Source: Octopus vulgaris (Eukaryota). From it: DNA of 64,000 nucleotides. Made by a program: the position numbers and the translations under genes. Positions 46,909 to 60,120 of this stretch are shown here, piece after piece; position 1 is the first letter of the stretch, and each line of letters begins with the position of its first letter. Location of the stretch: positions 11,594,001-11,658,000 of the forward strand of contig OX597827.1 in NCBI GenBank assembly GCA_951406725.2, written 5' to 3'. The notes beneath the pieces are model-generated. The model was given only the letters and a program-made list of their open reading frames with translations, did no database searches and was not told the DNA's origin.

Positions 46909-47296
46909 TGGTTGGAAGTACTCCGTCGGTTACGATGATGAGGGTTCCGGTTGATCCGAATCAACGGAACAGCCTGCTCGTGAAATTAACGTGTAAGTGG
47001 CTGAGCACTCCACAGACACGTGTACCCTTAACGTAGTTCTCGGGGATATTCAGCATGACACAGAGAGTGACAAGGCCGGCCCCTTGAAATACAGGTACAA
47101 CAGAAACAGGAAATAAGAGTGAGAGAAAGTTGTGGTGAAAGAGTACAGCAGGGATCACCACCATCCCTGCCGGAGCCTCATGGAGCATTTTAGGTATTTT
47201 CGCTCAATAAACACTCACAACGCCCGGTCTGGGAATCGAAACCGCGATCATATGACCGTGAGTCCGCTGCCCTAACCACTGGGCCATTGCGCCTCC
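46909..47296 (-). mobile_element. SINE C (tRNA-derived) with 11-bp TSD
   Basis: Minus-strand head ggaggcgcaatggcccagtggttag...ggtttcgattccc; TSD ggacagtaatt at 46898-46908 and 47297-47307. Confidence 0.9.
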
Positions 47297-47888
47297 GGAC
47301 AGTAATTATTCATCTGGTAATCAATACACTTGGTATAACACCCAAAATGTTACCAAAGGGAGTGGAATGTAGTGGACTTGAGACTTGAGACTTGCCTTGT
47401 TGACCTGCAGAAAAGTACAAACCTATATTCTGCAAGAATATGTTCTTGAGATTTGAGGAGAGTTGTTGTCACCAAACCTCAATATCAAATTAGCCAGTTC
47501 TAGCTTAATAGCAATAATAATAATGATAATAACAACAATAATAATAACAACAAAAATAACAATAGTAACAGCAACAAACATAATAGTGATATTAATCTTT
47601 CTGCTAGAGGCAGACTATAGTAATAGAAACTATAATAAAGATAATTCAAGAAGCTACTAAAAAGCTGTACATGAATTCCTTTGTGGTGCCAAAAATGGTG
47701 TAGACAGAGACAAATGAGCAGAATTTACTCTGGGAAGAAACAATATTTTAAAACTGCGAACATTAAATTAGATTAAGACACTGATATCGTGATATTAGAA
47801 AGAAATACCTATACGAGTATTTGGCTGTTGATAAAACTGATATAAAACACAGAAAGGGAAAATAAGAATTAGCAAAAATGTACACATA

Positions 47889-48309
47889 GGTGCAGGAGTG
47901 GCTGTGTGGTAAGTAGCTTGCTAACCAACCACATGGTTCAGGGTTCAGTCCCACTGCGTGGCATCTTGGGCGAGTGTCTTCTGCTATAGCCCCGGGCCGA
48001 CCAATGCCTTGTGAGTGGATTTGGTAGACGGAAACTGAAAGAAGCCTGTCGTATATATGTATATATATATATATATGTGAGTGTATGTGTTTGTGTGTCT
48101 GTGTTTGTCCCCCTAGCATTGCTTGACAACCGATGCTGGTGTGTTTATGTCCCCGACACTTAGCGGTTCGGCAAAAGAGACCGATAGAATAAGTACTGGG
48201 CTTACAAAAAGAATAAGTCCCGGGGTCGATTTGCTCGACTAAAAGGCGGTGCTCCAGCATGGCCGCAGTCAAATGACTGAAACAAGTAAAAGAGTAAGAG
48301 TAAAGAGTA
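47889..48309 (+). mobile_element. SINE A, full length
   Basis: SINE A consensus. Confidence 0.92.
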
Positions 48310-48652
48310 TAGAAAGAGATAGACACCTATTAAAACCAAACTCATTATCAGAAATAAGATAATAGACGTAAGTACTCAAGTCGTCGAAGTCATAAACTGC
48401 AGCATCAAAACAATAGATTTATGGTTTGGTGATTTGAGCCAGGATAGGAAACTTAAATAACTCTTAACTGCATTGTGAAGTCCCCATCTAAGGCAACAGC
48501 TCTCAACCAGAATTGAAGAGGGTCCATATAAGATTTTGTTGTTAAAATTTATCTGCAATAAATTTCAAATACTTTTGTAATACACAAAGGATTTTAATGA
48601 TATTTTTTTTATACAGTTCCTTATCATATTCAGTTATAAAAATATAATGACC

Positions 48653-49035
48653 AAGGAGTGACTGTGTGGTAAGTAGCTTACTTACGTACCACACGGTTCC
48701 GGGTTCAGTCCCACTGCGTGGCACCTTGGGCAAGTGTCTTCTACTATAGCCTCGGGCCAACCAAAGCCTTGTGACTGGATTTGCTAGACGGAAACTGAAA
48801 GAAGCCCGTCGTATATATACATATATATACATACACACACATACACACACATACATACACACACACACATAAATATACAACAGGCTTCTACACAGTTTTC
48901 CTGAACCAAATTCGCTCACATAACATTGGTTGACCTAGGGTTATAGCGGTAGATGATTAAAGCATTTGACAGTGAGATTGAACCTGAAACCATGCCGTTA
49001 CAAAATGAGCTTTTTAATCACACGACCAAGCCAGC
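48653..49035. mobile_element. SINE A 5' half (+) joined through a microsatellite to an older SINE A-like 5' half (-)
   Basis: 48653-48815 matches the head on +; 48878-49035 is a diverged head on -. Confidence 0.7.
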
Positions 49036-49790
49036 ATCTATCATCTGAATAGTCCAAGATCTTCTTCTTAAAGTTTCTCTGTTGTCCTAATGTTTGTTGA
49101 ACATTTGAAATATAGCTTCACTCTAATGGCCAACCATTATGCATTGCATATTATGGGGTGCTTTTACACATAACACATAATGAGATACCTCTACACATTG
49201 TTTGCTTCTATTTCATGCTCTTCCAATGCAATAGCTTCTGTCTTATATACATTATTTGGAATTGGAATTTCACACTCTTAATACATTAAATTCGGTCATG
49301 TTCACTTCCAAAGATCTTTGACTTCCCCATATATCAAGCTTTTGTTAGTAGCTTCTAGATTAATTCTAAAATGGTGATTAAGTTTTCTCTAATGTTGTCA
49401 GTAGCAAGCAGGGCAGAAATCCTTTATTGTTAAGTGTTACTGTGTGCATAGCATTAGAGCCTGTCCATATAGCATTAGAGCCTGTCTATATGCCTCTATT
49501 ACATACCTATCAAGGGATCATACTTTACACAGATTTATGGCAGTTAAAAATAAAACAAATGTGGCCATACACTTCATTAGCTCTGTTTCAGTTGATTGAT
49601 GGTGAAAGGCATTCCATCTATGACCATCCCTTCTTTTTCTAGCTTCATGTATCTTGGACTACATTTTCCAATGTGTTCCCTTATTCAACGTTTTAACATT
49701 CAGATTATTGTTTCAAATGTGATGCATATTTATTTCAAATTGTCTTGAATCTATTATGCATTATTTCATAGCTTCAAAATTTCAATGATA

Positions 49791-50023
49791 TACTCTCTCT
49801 CTCTTACTCTCTTACTTGTTTCAGTCATTTGACTGCGGCCATGCTGGAGCACCGCCTCTTTTAGTCGAGCAAATTGACCCCTGGACTTATTCTTTGTAAG
49901 CCGAGTACTTATTCTATCGGTCTCTTTTGCCGAACAGCTAAGTAATGGGGACATAAACACACCAGTATCGGTTGTCAAGCAATGCTAGGGGAACAAACAC
50001 AGACACACAAACACACTCATACA

Positions 50024-50066
<43 letters not shown>

Positions 50067-50232
50067 TACGACAGGCTTCTTTCAGTTTCCGTCTACCAAA
50101 TCCACTCACAAGGCATTGGTCGGCCCAGGGCTATAGCAGAAGACACTTGCCCAAGGTGCCACGCAGTGGGACTGAACCCTGAACCATGTGGTTGGTTAGC
50201 AAGCTACTTACCACACAGCCACTCCTACGCCT
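49791..50232 (-). mobile_element. SINE A, full length, nested in MITE F
   Basis: SINE A consensus, with halves of MITE F on either side. Confidence 0.9.
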
Positions 50233-50757
50233 TATGATTGTTATTTTTCCAAATGAAAATGTAGGGTGGGTGTAAGGGGCTGGATCTGGCTAGTTTGATC
50301 ATAAAACAGGTAAAGTATTTGGGCCAGATATGGCTGGTTTAGATGCAAGAAGGTTAAAGACAGTAGGGTGTGATTTGAAACAGATTCGGTTATCATTTCT
50401 TGAAGACTGAATGACTTTACAGAGGCTCTCTCTTTGGCTCATGGCTGTATATATTGTTATTGTTGCTGAGCAGAACAATTCTATGAAAATGGTTTGAGGC
50501 AACCCATTAATTAAACACTTGAATATTATTCAGTTTACACTTATTGCTCTGCCATGTTGTCAATCAAGTCAGCATTTCTACTTTTCAATAACCTCATCCA
50601 CTTTACATCACTTCTTCGATGTAGAAGGATCTGAAAATATATTAAAGACACTCATTCTCTCCAGACAATTTTCCATTCTAGTTTAAATGTTTATATCAAT
50701 GCATTGAGATGTTGTAAAATAAGTACAAATAATAAAGCAAAAAAAAATAATAATAAA

Positions 50758-50924
50758 GGCGCAGGAGTGGCTGTGTGGTAAGTAGCTTGCTTACCAGCCA
50801 CATGGTTCCGGGTTCAGTCCCACTGCGTGGCACCTTGGGCAAGTGTCTTCTACTATAGCCTTGGGCCAACCAAAGCCTTGTGAGTGGATTTGGTAGATGG
50901 AAACTGAAAGAAGCCTGTCGTATA

Positions 50925-50961
<37 letters not shown>

Positions 50962-51201
50962 ATGTATGTGTGTGTGTGTATGTTTGTGTGTTTGTGTTTG
51001 TCTCCCCAACATCGCTTGACAACCGATACTGGTGTGTTTGCGTCCCCGTAACTTAGCGGTTCGGCAAAAGAGACCGATAGAATAAGTACTGGGCTTACAA
51101 AGAATAAGTCCCAGGGTCGATTTGCTCGACTAAAGGCGGTGCTCCAGCATGGCCACAGTCAAATGACTGAAACAAGTAAAATAGTAAAAGAGTAAAGAGT
51201 A
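50758..51201 (+). mobile_element. SINE A, full length
   Basis: SINE A consensus. Confidence 0.92.
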
Positions 51202-51202
51202 A

Positions 51203-51785
51203 TCCTTTCTACTATAGGCATAAGGCCTAAAATTTTAGGGGAGGGGGCCAGTCGATTAGATTGACCTCAGTACACAACTAGTACTTAATTTATCGACCCC
51301 CGAGAGGATGAAAGGCAAAGTCAACCACAGCAAAATTTGAACTTAGAAAGTTATGACAGACGAAATACCTATTTCTTTACTACCCACAAGGGGCTAAACA
51401 CAGAGGGGACGAACAAGGACAGACAAATGGATTAAGTCGATTATATCGACCCCAGTGTGTAACTGGTACTTATTTAATCGATCCTGAAAGGATGAAAGGC
51501 AAAGTCGACCTCGGCGGAATTTGAACTCAGAATGTAACAGCAAGTGAAATACCTATTTCTTTGCTACCCACAAGGGGCTAAACACAGAGGGGACGAACAA
51601 GAACAGACAAACAGATTAAGTCGACTATATCGACACCAGTGTGAAACTGGTACTTATTTAATCGACCCTGAAAGGATGAAAGGTAAAGTTGACCTCGACG
51701 GAATTTGAACTCAGAATGTGGCGCAGGCGAAATACCGCTAAGCGTTTTCGCCCAGTGTGCTAATGTTTCTGCCAGCTTACTGCCT
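51203..51785 (-). mobile_element. SINE B head-to-tail trimer
   Basis: Three cores joined at gaaatacc|tatttcttt (about 51370 and 51553). Confidence 0.85.
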
Positions 51786-51924
51786 TTATATAATTATAAT
51801 AATAATTAATTCTTTATAATAATAATAATTGCTCTTGTGATGTATAAGCAAATATAAACATTTGCTTCCTAATCATGGAACCATGCAAGAAAATGCAAAG
51901 GGAGCATTTAACTGACCACTCAAC

Positions 51925-52340
51925 TTACTCTCTCTTTTACTCTTTTACTCGTTTCAGCCATTTGACTGCGGCCATGCTGGAGCACCGCCTTTAGTCGAGC
52001 AAATCGACCCCGGGACTTATTCTTTGTAAGCCCAGTACTTATTCTATCGGTCTCTTTTGCCGAACCGCTAAGCGACAGGGATGTAAACACACCAGCATCG
52101 GTTGTCAGGCAATGCTAGGGAGACAAACACAGACACACAAACACACACATACATAAATATACATATACATATATACGACAGGCTTCTTTCAATTTCCGTC
52201 TACCAAATCCACTCACAAGGCATTGGTTGGCCCGGGGCTATAGCAGAAGATACTTGCCCAAGGTGCCACGCAGTGGGAACTGAACCCGGAACCATGTGGT
52301 TGGTTAGCAAGCTACTTACCACACAGCCACTCCTGCGCCT
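51925..52340 (-). mobile_element. SINE A, full length
   Basis: Reverse complement of the SINE A consensus. Confidence 0.92.
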
Positions 52341-52525
52341 TGTTACAAATAGCAGCTAAATCTCCCTTAAATTGCACCCTACCACTTTAAACAAGTACGG
52401 ATATATTAGACTACGTAGTCCTAGATGTATATACAGATTGGATAGCCATGGCTAGAAAGACCTTTGTTCATACGACTGATCAATCAGAAATGACCCGAGG
52501 CTAAATAACCACGACAATAACAACA
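52341..52525 (+). mobile_element. Family G: old interspersed repeat ending in (AAC)n
   Basis: aaatagcagc.aaat...atggct.gaa.g.ctttg...ggctaaa.aac. Other copies at about 2518-2712, 14500-14606+15790-15895, 34575-35185 (-), 50358-50440 (-) and 59395-59828. Confidence 0.6.
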
Positions 52526-53239
52526 AGAACGATGTCTGGAATGCAAACTGACCACTACTGATCAGTTAAGACTTTTACAAATCAGTTACTCGGCATACAA
52601 CAAAGGGTCCTCTTTCTCTCCTTTGGAATTAAAACTTTGTTTGAGTTGATGTGTGTCATACTTCAGAAACTGAATGTAAAATCTGATACAAGCAATAGTA
52701 ACTCTGTCCTTTAAGACCGACCCGACCTGTCTCAAGCAAATATTTATGGTTTTTTTTTCCTTTTTAATGAACCATCTGATAAAAGTAACCATCAACAGCT
52801 AGATGAACATCAAAACCAGATACAATGAAGTAAATTAATAGCAGAAAACCTTTTACTGGGGATCAAGTGAATATGTCAACATTGGTTTTATAGCATCGAA
52901 TATTTCATTATCTCTGCTACGGGCTAAATGATCTGATCTGTTATATATTAATATTGAAAAGTAATCAATATTTTAGAAATGCACTTTACTGAAGTACTTC
53001 CCCCTGTAGATAGATAATAGAATTCTAGAGATATTTATCAAGTTTTCGTAGTGATGCTAAAGTTTTCGACATACTCATCTGTGATGAGTTAATTACATTC
53101 TGTGTACCTTCGTTTAAAGTAGGGGGTGGATTTTCTCTAAATCAATTGATTTATTTTACTGAAGAAGAGAGTTTGTATTTAACGTTGATGTTGAGTTAAA
53201 AGTGATGCTGGTAGAGCGAGCAAGCCAAGCCAATAATAG

Positions 53240-53903
53240 TTGAAATGGTGATAGTAATGATGATGAGGATGATGATGATGATGATGATGATGGTGATGGT
53301 AGTAGGTAGCCGTGATCACAGAGTTGAAGGAATTGGTGCTGTGAAAAGTAATAGTTATGTTAGAAGTGATGACAGAAAGTGATGATGGAGATGTTTGTGT
53401 TGCCAATGGTAATGATGATGGCGTCGGCGGCCAAATGTGCCGGCAATATTAATGTTAATGAAGACAGTGAGGATGGTGGTGGTGGTGGAGGTGATGGCCG
53501 GCGGTAAGTAAAGTGGTGGTAATGGTAATGTCTGTGGTGGTGGTGGAGGTGGTGGTGGTGGTGATTGTGGTGGTGGTGGTGGTGGTGGTAGTGGCAATGG
53601 TGGAGAACATATGATGGTGTGATGGCAATGTTAAATAAGGTTGGCAATGGTGATGTCAGTGGTGATGGTGTCGGTGACAGCGATGGTGGTGATGATGTGA
53701 TGGCAATGTTATCGATGGTGGTGGTGATTGTAATGACTGGTGGTGAAAATGGTGACGGTGGTGGTGACGATGATGGTGATGATGATGGTGGTGATGGAAT
53801 GTTAATGATGATGGTGTTGGTGCTGGTGATGGTGATGATGATGGTGGTGGTGGTGGTAGCCACGGCAGTAGTGGTGGCGATGATGATAATGATGATGATG
53901 ATA

Positions 53904-53945
<42 letters not shown>

Positions 53946-54061
53946 GTAATGATGATCTTGGTGATAGTGGTGGTGGTGGTGGTGTTGGTGGTGGTGATGG
54001 TGGGGGTGATGATGATGATGATGGTAGTGGTGGTGGTGGTAGCGATGGCAGTGGTGGTGAC

Positions 54062-54100
<39 letters not shown>

Positions 54101-56410
54101 GGTAATGATGATGATGATGGTAATGATGATCTTGGTGATAGTGGTGGTGGTGGTGGTGTTGGTGGTGGTGGTAGTGGTGGCGATGAGAGTGCTACTGATG
54201 ATGATGATGATGGCAACGATGATTGGTAAACATCATAGTAGTGATAATGACGACGACGACGATGATGATGATCTGGTGGTGATAATGGTGTCAGTGATGA
54301 CGGTGGTGATGATAGTGATGATGGTAAGATAGCACCGTTTATGATGATGGTGATGATGGTATTGCTGACAGCGTGAAGATGGCATTGATACTATTATTGA
54401 TGATGTCAGTGATGACGAGACATTGATCACAATAATAATGTTGGGTGAGACGATAATGTTGATTTTAATGGCGATAGTGATAGTAATCATGGCAAGGGTG
54501 TGATGACAATGACGATGACAAAGGATTATAGTTGTGGCAAGGGAAGGATACAAATGGTATTGCAGTTACAGTAGGGATGTGAGCAGTGGTGATGGAGTGG
54601 TTAGACCAGGTGTGAAGGTGGTGGCGCCGATGATGATGACGATGGTGGTGACATTGATGATGACGATGGTGGAACTGATGATGACGATGATGGAAGTGAT
54701 GATGATGGCGACATTGATGATGATGGTTGTGGAATTGATGATGATGGTGGTGATATTGATGATGACGGTTAGTGGCATTGATGATGATGATGGCATTGAT
54801 GATGATGGTGGCATTGATGATGATGGTTGTGGAATTGATGATGATGATGGTAGTAGTAATGACAGTGGTGACATTCATGATGATGGTGGGGACATTGATG
54901 ATGTCAGTGGTGGCACTGATGATGATGGTAGTGACATTGATGATGATGATGATGGTAGCAATGCCGATGGCGACATTGATGATAATGGTAGTGGCATTGA
55001 TGATGATGGTGGTGATATTGATGATGACGGTTAGTGGCATTGATGATGATGATGGCATTGATGATGATGGTGGCATTGATGATGATGGTGGTGGTATTAA
55101 TGATGATGGTGGTGGTATTGATGATGACGGTTAGTGGCATTGATGATGATGATGGCATTGATGATGATGGTTGCATTGATGATGATGGTGGTGGTATTAA
55201 TGATGATGGTGGTGGTATTGATGATGATGGTGGTGATATTGATGATGACGATTAGTGGCAATGATGATGATGGTGGTGGTATTAATGATGATGGTGGTGG
55301 TATTGATGATGATGGTGGTGGTATTGATGATGACGGTTAGTGGCAATGATGATGATGGTGGTGGTATTGATGATGATGGTGGTGGTATTGATGATGATGG
55401 TGGTGGTATTGATGATGACGGTTAGTGGCAATGATGATGATGGTGGTGGTATTGATGATGATGGTGGTGGTATTGATGATGACGGTTAGTGGCAATGATG
55501 ATGATGGTGGTGGTATTAATGATGATGGTGGTGGTATTGATGATGATGGTGGTGATATTGATGATGACGATTAGTGGCAATGATGATGATGGTGGTGGTA
55601 TTAATGATGATGGTGGTGGTATTGATGATGATGGTGGTGGTATTGATGATGATGGTGGTGGTATTAATGATGATGGTGGTGGTATTGATGATGATGGTGG
55701 TGGTATTGATGATGACGGTTAGTGGCAATGATGATGATGGTGGTGGTATTAATGATGACGGTGGTGGTATTGATGATGATGGTGGTGGTATTGATGATGA
55801 TGGTGGTGGTATTAATGATGATGGTGGTGGTATTAATGATGATGGTGGTGGTATTGATGATGATGATGGTGGTGGTATTAATGATGATGATGGCATTGAT
55901 GATGATGGTGGTGGTATTAATGATGATGATGGCATTGATGATGATGGTGGTGGTATTAATGATGATGGTGGTGGTATTGATGATGACTGTGGTGGTAGCA
56001 ATGATGATGGTGACATTGATGATGATGGTAGTGGCATGATGATGTTGGTGGCATTGATGATGACGGTAATGACAATGCTGATGATGATGGCAGTAGCAAT
56101 GATGGTGGTGGCATTGATGATGATGGTGGTGGTATAATGATGTCGGTGGTGGTATTGATGATGATGGTAGTGGCGACGAAAATGGTTGTGATAGTGACGT
56201 TAATGGCGATGGTGACAATGATGATGATGATGATTGCGATTTTGGTGGTGGCGGTGGTGGTGGAATCGATTGTGATGGCGATGGTGATGGTGGTAGTGTT
56301 GATCATGATGGCGATGCAGGTGGGGGTATAAGAGTGGGGGGGGGGGGTGATAATAGTTGCTGACAATCGCTGTAGAGTCGGTGACAGTATTGCGGGTGGT
56401 GGTGGCGATA
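53240..56410. repeat. 3.2-kb (GAT)/(GGT) block containing a 21-bp minisatellite (attgatgatgatggtggtggt)n
   Basis: Units run from about 54770 to 56000, punctuated by the marker gacg(g/a)ttagtggca. Confidence 0.9.
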
Positions 56411-56735
56411 GAAATGTAGTTTACAATAAAACAGTGGTGATGTCAGTATATATGTGTGTATATATGTGCATGTGATTACGTATATACACACACGTGTATG
56501 TGTATGTGTGTACACACATGTGTGTGTCTGCCCGTATGAGTGTAAGTGTCTGAGTAACTGCCCCTCCTTTTGTTAGACTGAATTGAGCATTGTTCAGTGT
56601 TTATCTCTTTTCTATACAAGTATAGTCTTGATCCATCAAAGCTATTGTGCTGCCTGCATTCAGTGCATCCACATTAACCTCGCTGTTCATTGTCAATAAG
56701 TTACACTTCTAGACGAGTTATTTTATTGCACTTAC

Positions 56736-56810
56736 CTGGGTCTGTGGTGGAGTTGAAAGTTAGTGCCACGCCCACATCACGGTTGATTGATTATTAAGAA
56801 GGGCATCTTG
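56736..56810 (-). other. Candidate 75-nt non-coding exon
   Basis: Acceptor aatttcttttctttttacag| and donor CAG|GTAAGT; stops in all three frames. Confidence 0.3.
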
Positions 56811-56898
56811 CTGTAAAAAGAAAAGAAATTATACATGAGTATATACACCCACCCACACACACATGCACATAACTTATATATATGTGTGAGTGTGTGTA

Positions 56899-56930
<32 letters not shown>

Positions 56931-57053
56931 ATCCTATTTTCTTTCCTTATGAGAAAATATTGTATGTATGTATGTATGTATGTATGTATGTATGTATATA
57001 TGGATATATGTTATCCCATGGAGGGTATATATATATATACCCTATCTCATATT

Positions 57054-57090
<37 letters not shown>

Positions 57091-58129
57091 TTGTATAAAT
57101 ATATATATTTATGCATGCATACACGCAGTCTTATAAACTGGAGGTGATGCGTTCATGTCCCCCTGGAGCACTTTTGTCACAATAAGTGTACACATGCATG
57201 CACACACATACGCTTTAACAATCGATAAACAAATATTTGAATTCACCCAAGCAATAAAAGACAAAAGAACTAATTAAAAAGAAATCTTGCTGGCGATAGT
57301 GGTGGAAGCTAGGTACATTATCAGTTACCACACCCACAAGGAAAGAAAAAGGGATTATATATATATATATATATATATATTTAATGTAGGATAAAATTTT
57401 TTTCGAAAAAACTTTTATCAATGGCCAGCATATTAAGAAATACCTTTAAAGGTTAAAATTATAAACAACTTATAAATAAGGCAAACGAAAAAAATTTCTA
57501 ATGCCAAATATGCCAAAAAATTGGACATATTGTCCATTACCATATAATTTACCATATAAATTATACCATTACCATATAAATTATATGGTATATATAATTG
57601 TGCCCTTATGGTATTTGCAAGGGCACAGAAAGTGTGCCTAAAGCCAGCTGGAGACGATGATCTCCTGGGGCTAAAAGCTACAGTAACACCCACCCTTAGT
57701 GGTTAGCCATATTGAGATGGCTAGTATACCTTACATTGTCGTGCAGTTACTGTTTACATCTCGTTCAGAGATTTATTATCGCTAATTTTAAATGGTTTTC
57801 AATAAAAATGATGACACCTTACTAGTATGTCAGGTTCACAAAATTAAAAAAAAATGGCACTCATAATTCTCTGTAAAATAGTTGGCATTAGAAAGGGCAT
57901 CTAGTCACAGACAGCATGCTAAAGCAGTCATTGGAGCTTGATGTAATTGCTTAACTCATCAGTTACTGTCAAATATTTTGGCCCATGCCAGCCACCAATG
58001 AATATGAATGTTCAATGATGAAGATGGTTACTATAATTAACTTGAAGTTTTAAAGTTAAGATGGTATCAGGATGGAGAAGATGTTTTTGTATTTGCAATG
58101 TAATTTAAAGAACATACATAATTTTAACA

Positions 58130-58297
58130 TTTATAAGGAACTCTCGTGTATAAAGGACCCCTAACTTTTGGGGCTTAAAATTTGGGAAAAGGATTTTGTA
58201 AGGTTTTATAATATTATCCATGTATAAGAAACTCCCATATTTTTTCAACCTAATTTTTGACAAAAAAAAGGTTCCTTATACATGCAAAAATACGGTA
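58130..58297. mobile_element. Tc1/pogo-type non-autonomous DNA transposon end
   Basis: Ends in ...aaaaatacggta (CCGTATTT-type TIR plus TA) with internal gtgtataa repeats. The other end is not evident. Confidence 0.35.
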
Positions 58298-58464
58298 TAT
58301 ATCATAATACAAAGGAGATAAGTAAGTAATGAATTGGTTTAATAATGATGTGAGGCGTTTACAAATATCTTAGAAATTAGTTTTCCTTCTATCCTGTGTT
58401 TTGATTGTAGCCTAAGGTTGATTTATAACTCGAGTGAGGAATTGGTTGAAGAAAAACGCGTGGT

Positions 58465-58692
58465 TTAACCCTCTAGTGTTTAAACTGGCCATATCTGGCC
58501 AAAGGTTTCTACCTATTTTATGTTTAAACTGACCAGATCAGGTCTCTCACACCTAACCTACATTGACATTCTAAAAATGAACAATCACGTCATTGAAACC
58601 TCAAAGCTATAAGATAATGCATGATTAATTCAAAACAATTTGAGTGAAAAAGTATTGCATTTAACAGAGTAATCTGAACACTAAAGGGTTAA
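58465..58692. mobile_element. MITE F, piggyBac-like (TTAA TSD)
   Basis: ttaa-ccctctagtgtt...aacactaaaggg-ttaa. Confidence 0.8.
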
Positions 58693-59445
58693 ATAGTAAA
58701 TTTCTGTCACTATATTTCGGTTAAAATGCAATTCTGTTTTAATTACTTCTGAAAATAATGAAGTATTTGGTAAAACAAATTTTGCCATTATTTAGTTGGT
58801 TTTTGGAATATTAATTAACCAGTGAGTGTGTTACATTATAAGGCACAAAAAGAAAATGTCTCTCCCCAGACACAATAGAATATATTTCAACACATGAACT
58901 CATATAAAGAATCTTGCAAACCAAATCCAAAAACGAAATCAACATGAAATTTTGATGGAAAGTTTTAACTTAGAATTTTAACTTAGAAGGAATTTGTGTC
59001 ATAGAACTCTAAATGGTATCAAGTGGGTTGAAATCAAAAAGGTTGATACTAATTATTGACTTGAGTTTTTGACACAAGGCCAGGAAATTTGAGGGAAGGA
59101 CTAAATTGATTAAATCAGTCTCAGTGTTCAACTGGTACTTATTTTATCACTCCTGAAAGTAAAAACGGCAAAGTCTTGTACCTCAGATATAAAGATGGAT
59201 GAAATTCCATTAAGTATTTTTTCCCAGCATGCTAATGGGTCTACCAGATCCCTGCCTTAGGGTTGATACTGATTATTACAAACCACACATGATAATTTTG
59301 CTCAAAGGACAACTGACTAATGACTAAAACAATTTCTACATTTTTACACATTTGCTTTAGTTTATCAACTACATGCAATCACATTGGTAATGACGTAGCC
59401 ACTACATGGTCATCAAATATGTTAGAAATAGCAGCCAAATTTCCC

Positions 59446-59673
59446 TTAACCCTTTAGTGTTCAAATTAATATGGCAGAAGTAATCCTTATTCATTTACAT
59501 TTAAAAAAATTAACCTGGTATTATCTTGTAGCTTCAAGATTTGAAAGATGTAATTGTTTATTTTTAGAATGACATTGCAGGGTAGGTGTGAGATACTGGT
59601 TCTGACCAGTTTGAGCATAAAATGAGTAGAATATTCGGGCCAGATATAGCCGGTTTAAACACTAAAGGGTTAA
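59446..59673. mobile_element. MITE F, opposite orientation, nested in a family G repeat
   Basis: ttaa-ccctttagtgtt...aacactaaaggg-ttaa. Diverged copies occur at about 1627-1832 and 49688-50357 (split by SINE A). Confidence 0.8.
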
Positions 59674-60120
59674 ATTGCATTCTATCAGTTTAGAAGACAA
59701 TACATTGAATAATGTGATCATAGGTTCCTGAATTTATGAACAGTTGGAACGGTCATGGCTGGAATGCTTTTTATCATAGGTTAGATCGATCAGAACTGAC
59801 TTACAGCTAAATAACAATAGCAATAACGGACCTGTATATGATTAGTCGTAGCAGCCAAAACACGCACGAAGTAAATGGTATGTATCGAGTTAGTTACCAC
59901 CCCCCCATTCTCCTCGTTATGAATCTCAAAGAAAGATGAAAATGAAAACATTACTGAAATAACTTTAAACATTTGTAAAAAAAAACAAAAAAACAAGTAA
60001 ATATACATTGAAATAAATAATAGTGAAATGACTTTAAAAGATTTATAAGAAAGATCAAAAGTTATAAAATTGTGAAATGTGAAAGTTCTCTGCATTACTG
60101 TAATGTACGCGTATGAGCCT

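Larger units (their letters stand above)
45965..47510 (+). mobile_element. Second decayed R4/Dong-clade element 3' part, with nested SINE A and SINE C, ending in a (TAA)n-like tract
   Basis: LKQEIEAL..AIHEQAIRIN, CRICRKNESINHFLSECSKLAQKEYKCRHDNV, WHKHEPETVTENE..ILW..RKPDMII, IDF..FD..KE..KIEKYQVLIRELKSLW, VINTLGITPK, DLQKS..SARI: a CCHC knuckle plus PD-(D/E)xK RLE. Confidence 0.85.

Noticed and set aside
54534-56137. IDDDGGG-repeat acidic protein
   Set aside because: The frame is repeatedly broken by the gacggttag marker (stop plus frameshift), and there is essentially no synonymous variation.
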